The position numbers were made by a program, and so were the translations under genes. Shown one piece after another: positions 34,478 to 35,321 of a stretch of DNA of 35,321 nt. The stretch lies in IMG/VR virus record IMGVR_UViG_3300043416_000007, positions 1 through 35,321 of that record. One strand, given 5' to 3'. The notes below the pieces were generated by a model. It searched no databases. It had not been told where the DNA came from and worked only from the letters and a program-made list of their open reading frames with translations. Numbering within the stretch: position 1 is the stretch's first letter; each line of letters starts with the position of its first letter. This DNA is from a virus. Its lineage: Duplodnaviria > Caudoviricetes.

Positions 34478-35278
34478 TTACATTTCGAGCAAGCCGCGTA
34501 GCTTGCCCTTTGAAATCTTGCCGGTGTTGATGGCATTCATCAACTCGATACCGTACTTCTTGACCGCCTTGTCGTTGATGACGTATTCGCCATCCTTGAG
34601 AGCAGCGTAGCCGTCATCTGGGCCCATTGGATTCGGGCCTTGCAAGTGCATCATGGAGACGTGGCCGCCTTGCGCAAAGCCACCGCGTGTTCCGCGATCA
34701 CCACCGCCTGATGCATCACCGTTGTTGCCACCAGTAGCTACGCCACCACCATTTCCATTTCCACCACCGCCTCCATAGTTGCGTCCCTCGTTACTGTAGT
34801 TACCACCATCGTTTGGGGCACTAGGGGCAGGAGCATTACGTCCCTCGTTGCTGTAGTTGCTGGTGTCACCTTGCACTGGCGCTGTGCTTAAAAAACCACC
34901 AGTGGGAGCTGAATAGTTTCTTCCTTCATTGCTGTAATTTGGATTTACTTGGCTTGCCAAGTAATTACCATACATGGATGCTAAGGCTCCAGTTAATGGA
35001 GATATGTATCTTAAATTTTTTCCTAACTGAGACACGTTGTACGCCTGCTCGCTAGTAGGCTCAGTAAATGTCACGCCTTCATCTGCTGGCATACCGCGTC
35101 CACCACCAGACATAGCTGGCTGCGCCATAATGTCAGCGTAGCGGTTTGATGGTGCAGCATACGCTTGTGGTTGCGATACGTCATAACCACCCGTGTAGGT
35201 AGACGGGTAACCAGTGAAAGAAAACGGCTGCGCCTGCTGGTACTGCGCCATGATCTCAGCGTAACGGTTTCTGTCCAT
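34478..35278 (-). CDS. low-complexity virion-module protein
   Basis: NYSNEGRN x3, Gly-rich linker, C-terminal FAQGG...GPDD..A.L.DGEYVI...AVKKYG. Confidence 0.75.
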   Translation of the reverse strand: MDRNRYAEIMAQYQQAQPFSFTGYPSTYTGGYDVSQPQAYAAPSNRYADIMAQPAMSGGGRGMPADEGVTFTEPTSEQAYNVSQLGKNLRYISPLTGALASMYGNYLASQVNPNYSNEGRNYSAPTGGFLSTAPVQGDTSNYSNEGRNAPAPSAPNDGGNYSNEGRNYGGGGGNGNGGGVATGGNNGDASGGGDRGTRGGFAQGGHVSMMHLQGPNPMGPDDGYAALKDGEYVINDKAVKKYGIELMNAINTGKISKGKLRGLLEM

Positions 35279-35285
35279 CTACAAC

Positions 35286-35321
35286 TCCTTACTAAGAATA
35301 TTCCACTTAGGCTCATATCCC
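35286..35321. repeat. terminal overlap, copy 2
   Basis: Matches 1-36 except T35302 vs G17. Confidence 0.95.

Noticed and set aside
1-35321. Alternative genetic code, tRNA genes, introns or inteins
   Set aside because: Standard-code ORFs tile densely at normal lengths, and no cloverleaf or splicing motifs were noticed by eye

Overview
The window is a complete, circularly closable tailed-phage genome of about 35,285 bp. Bases 35286-35321 repeat bases 1-36 with one mismatch, and a gene reads through the junction. Its gene order is podovirus-like: terS, terL, portal, scaffold, capsid, adaptor, fibres, lysis genes, tail hub and ejection proteins. A replication block holds a Cro-like HTH, RuvC, a Cas4-like nuclease, an SSB-like protein and a primase-helicase, and there is a small divergent early region. 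I see no DNA polymerase, integrase, cI-type repressor, tRNA or CRISPR array. A freshwater betaproteobacterial host is a guess from gene style only. The most unusual element is a ~230-bp cassette between terS and terL with three co-oriented DnaA boxes, a consensus IHF site and an 11-6-11 dif-like XerCD site, separate from an iteron/hairpin origin after the primase-helicase. Also notable are five TGATG-N7-CATCA operator-like sites, a 44% D/E protein with no K/R, and glycosyl/methyltransferases inside the head module. All protein calls come from motif recognition and synteny, with no database searches.
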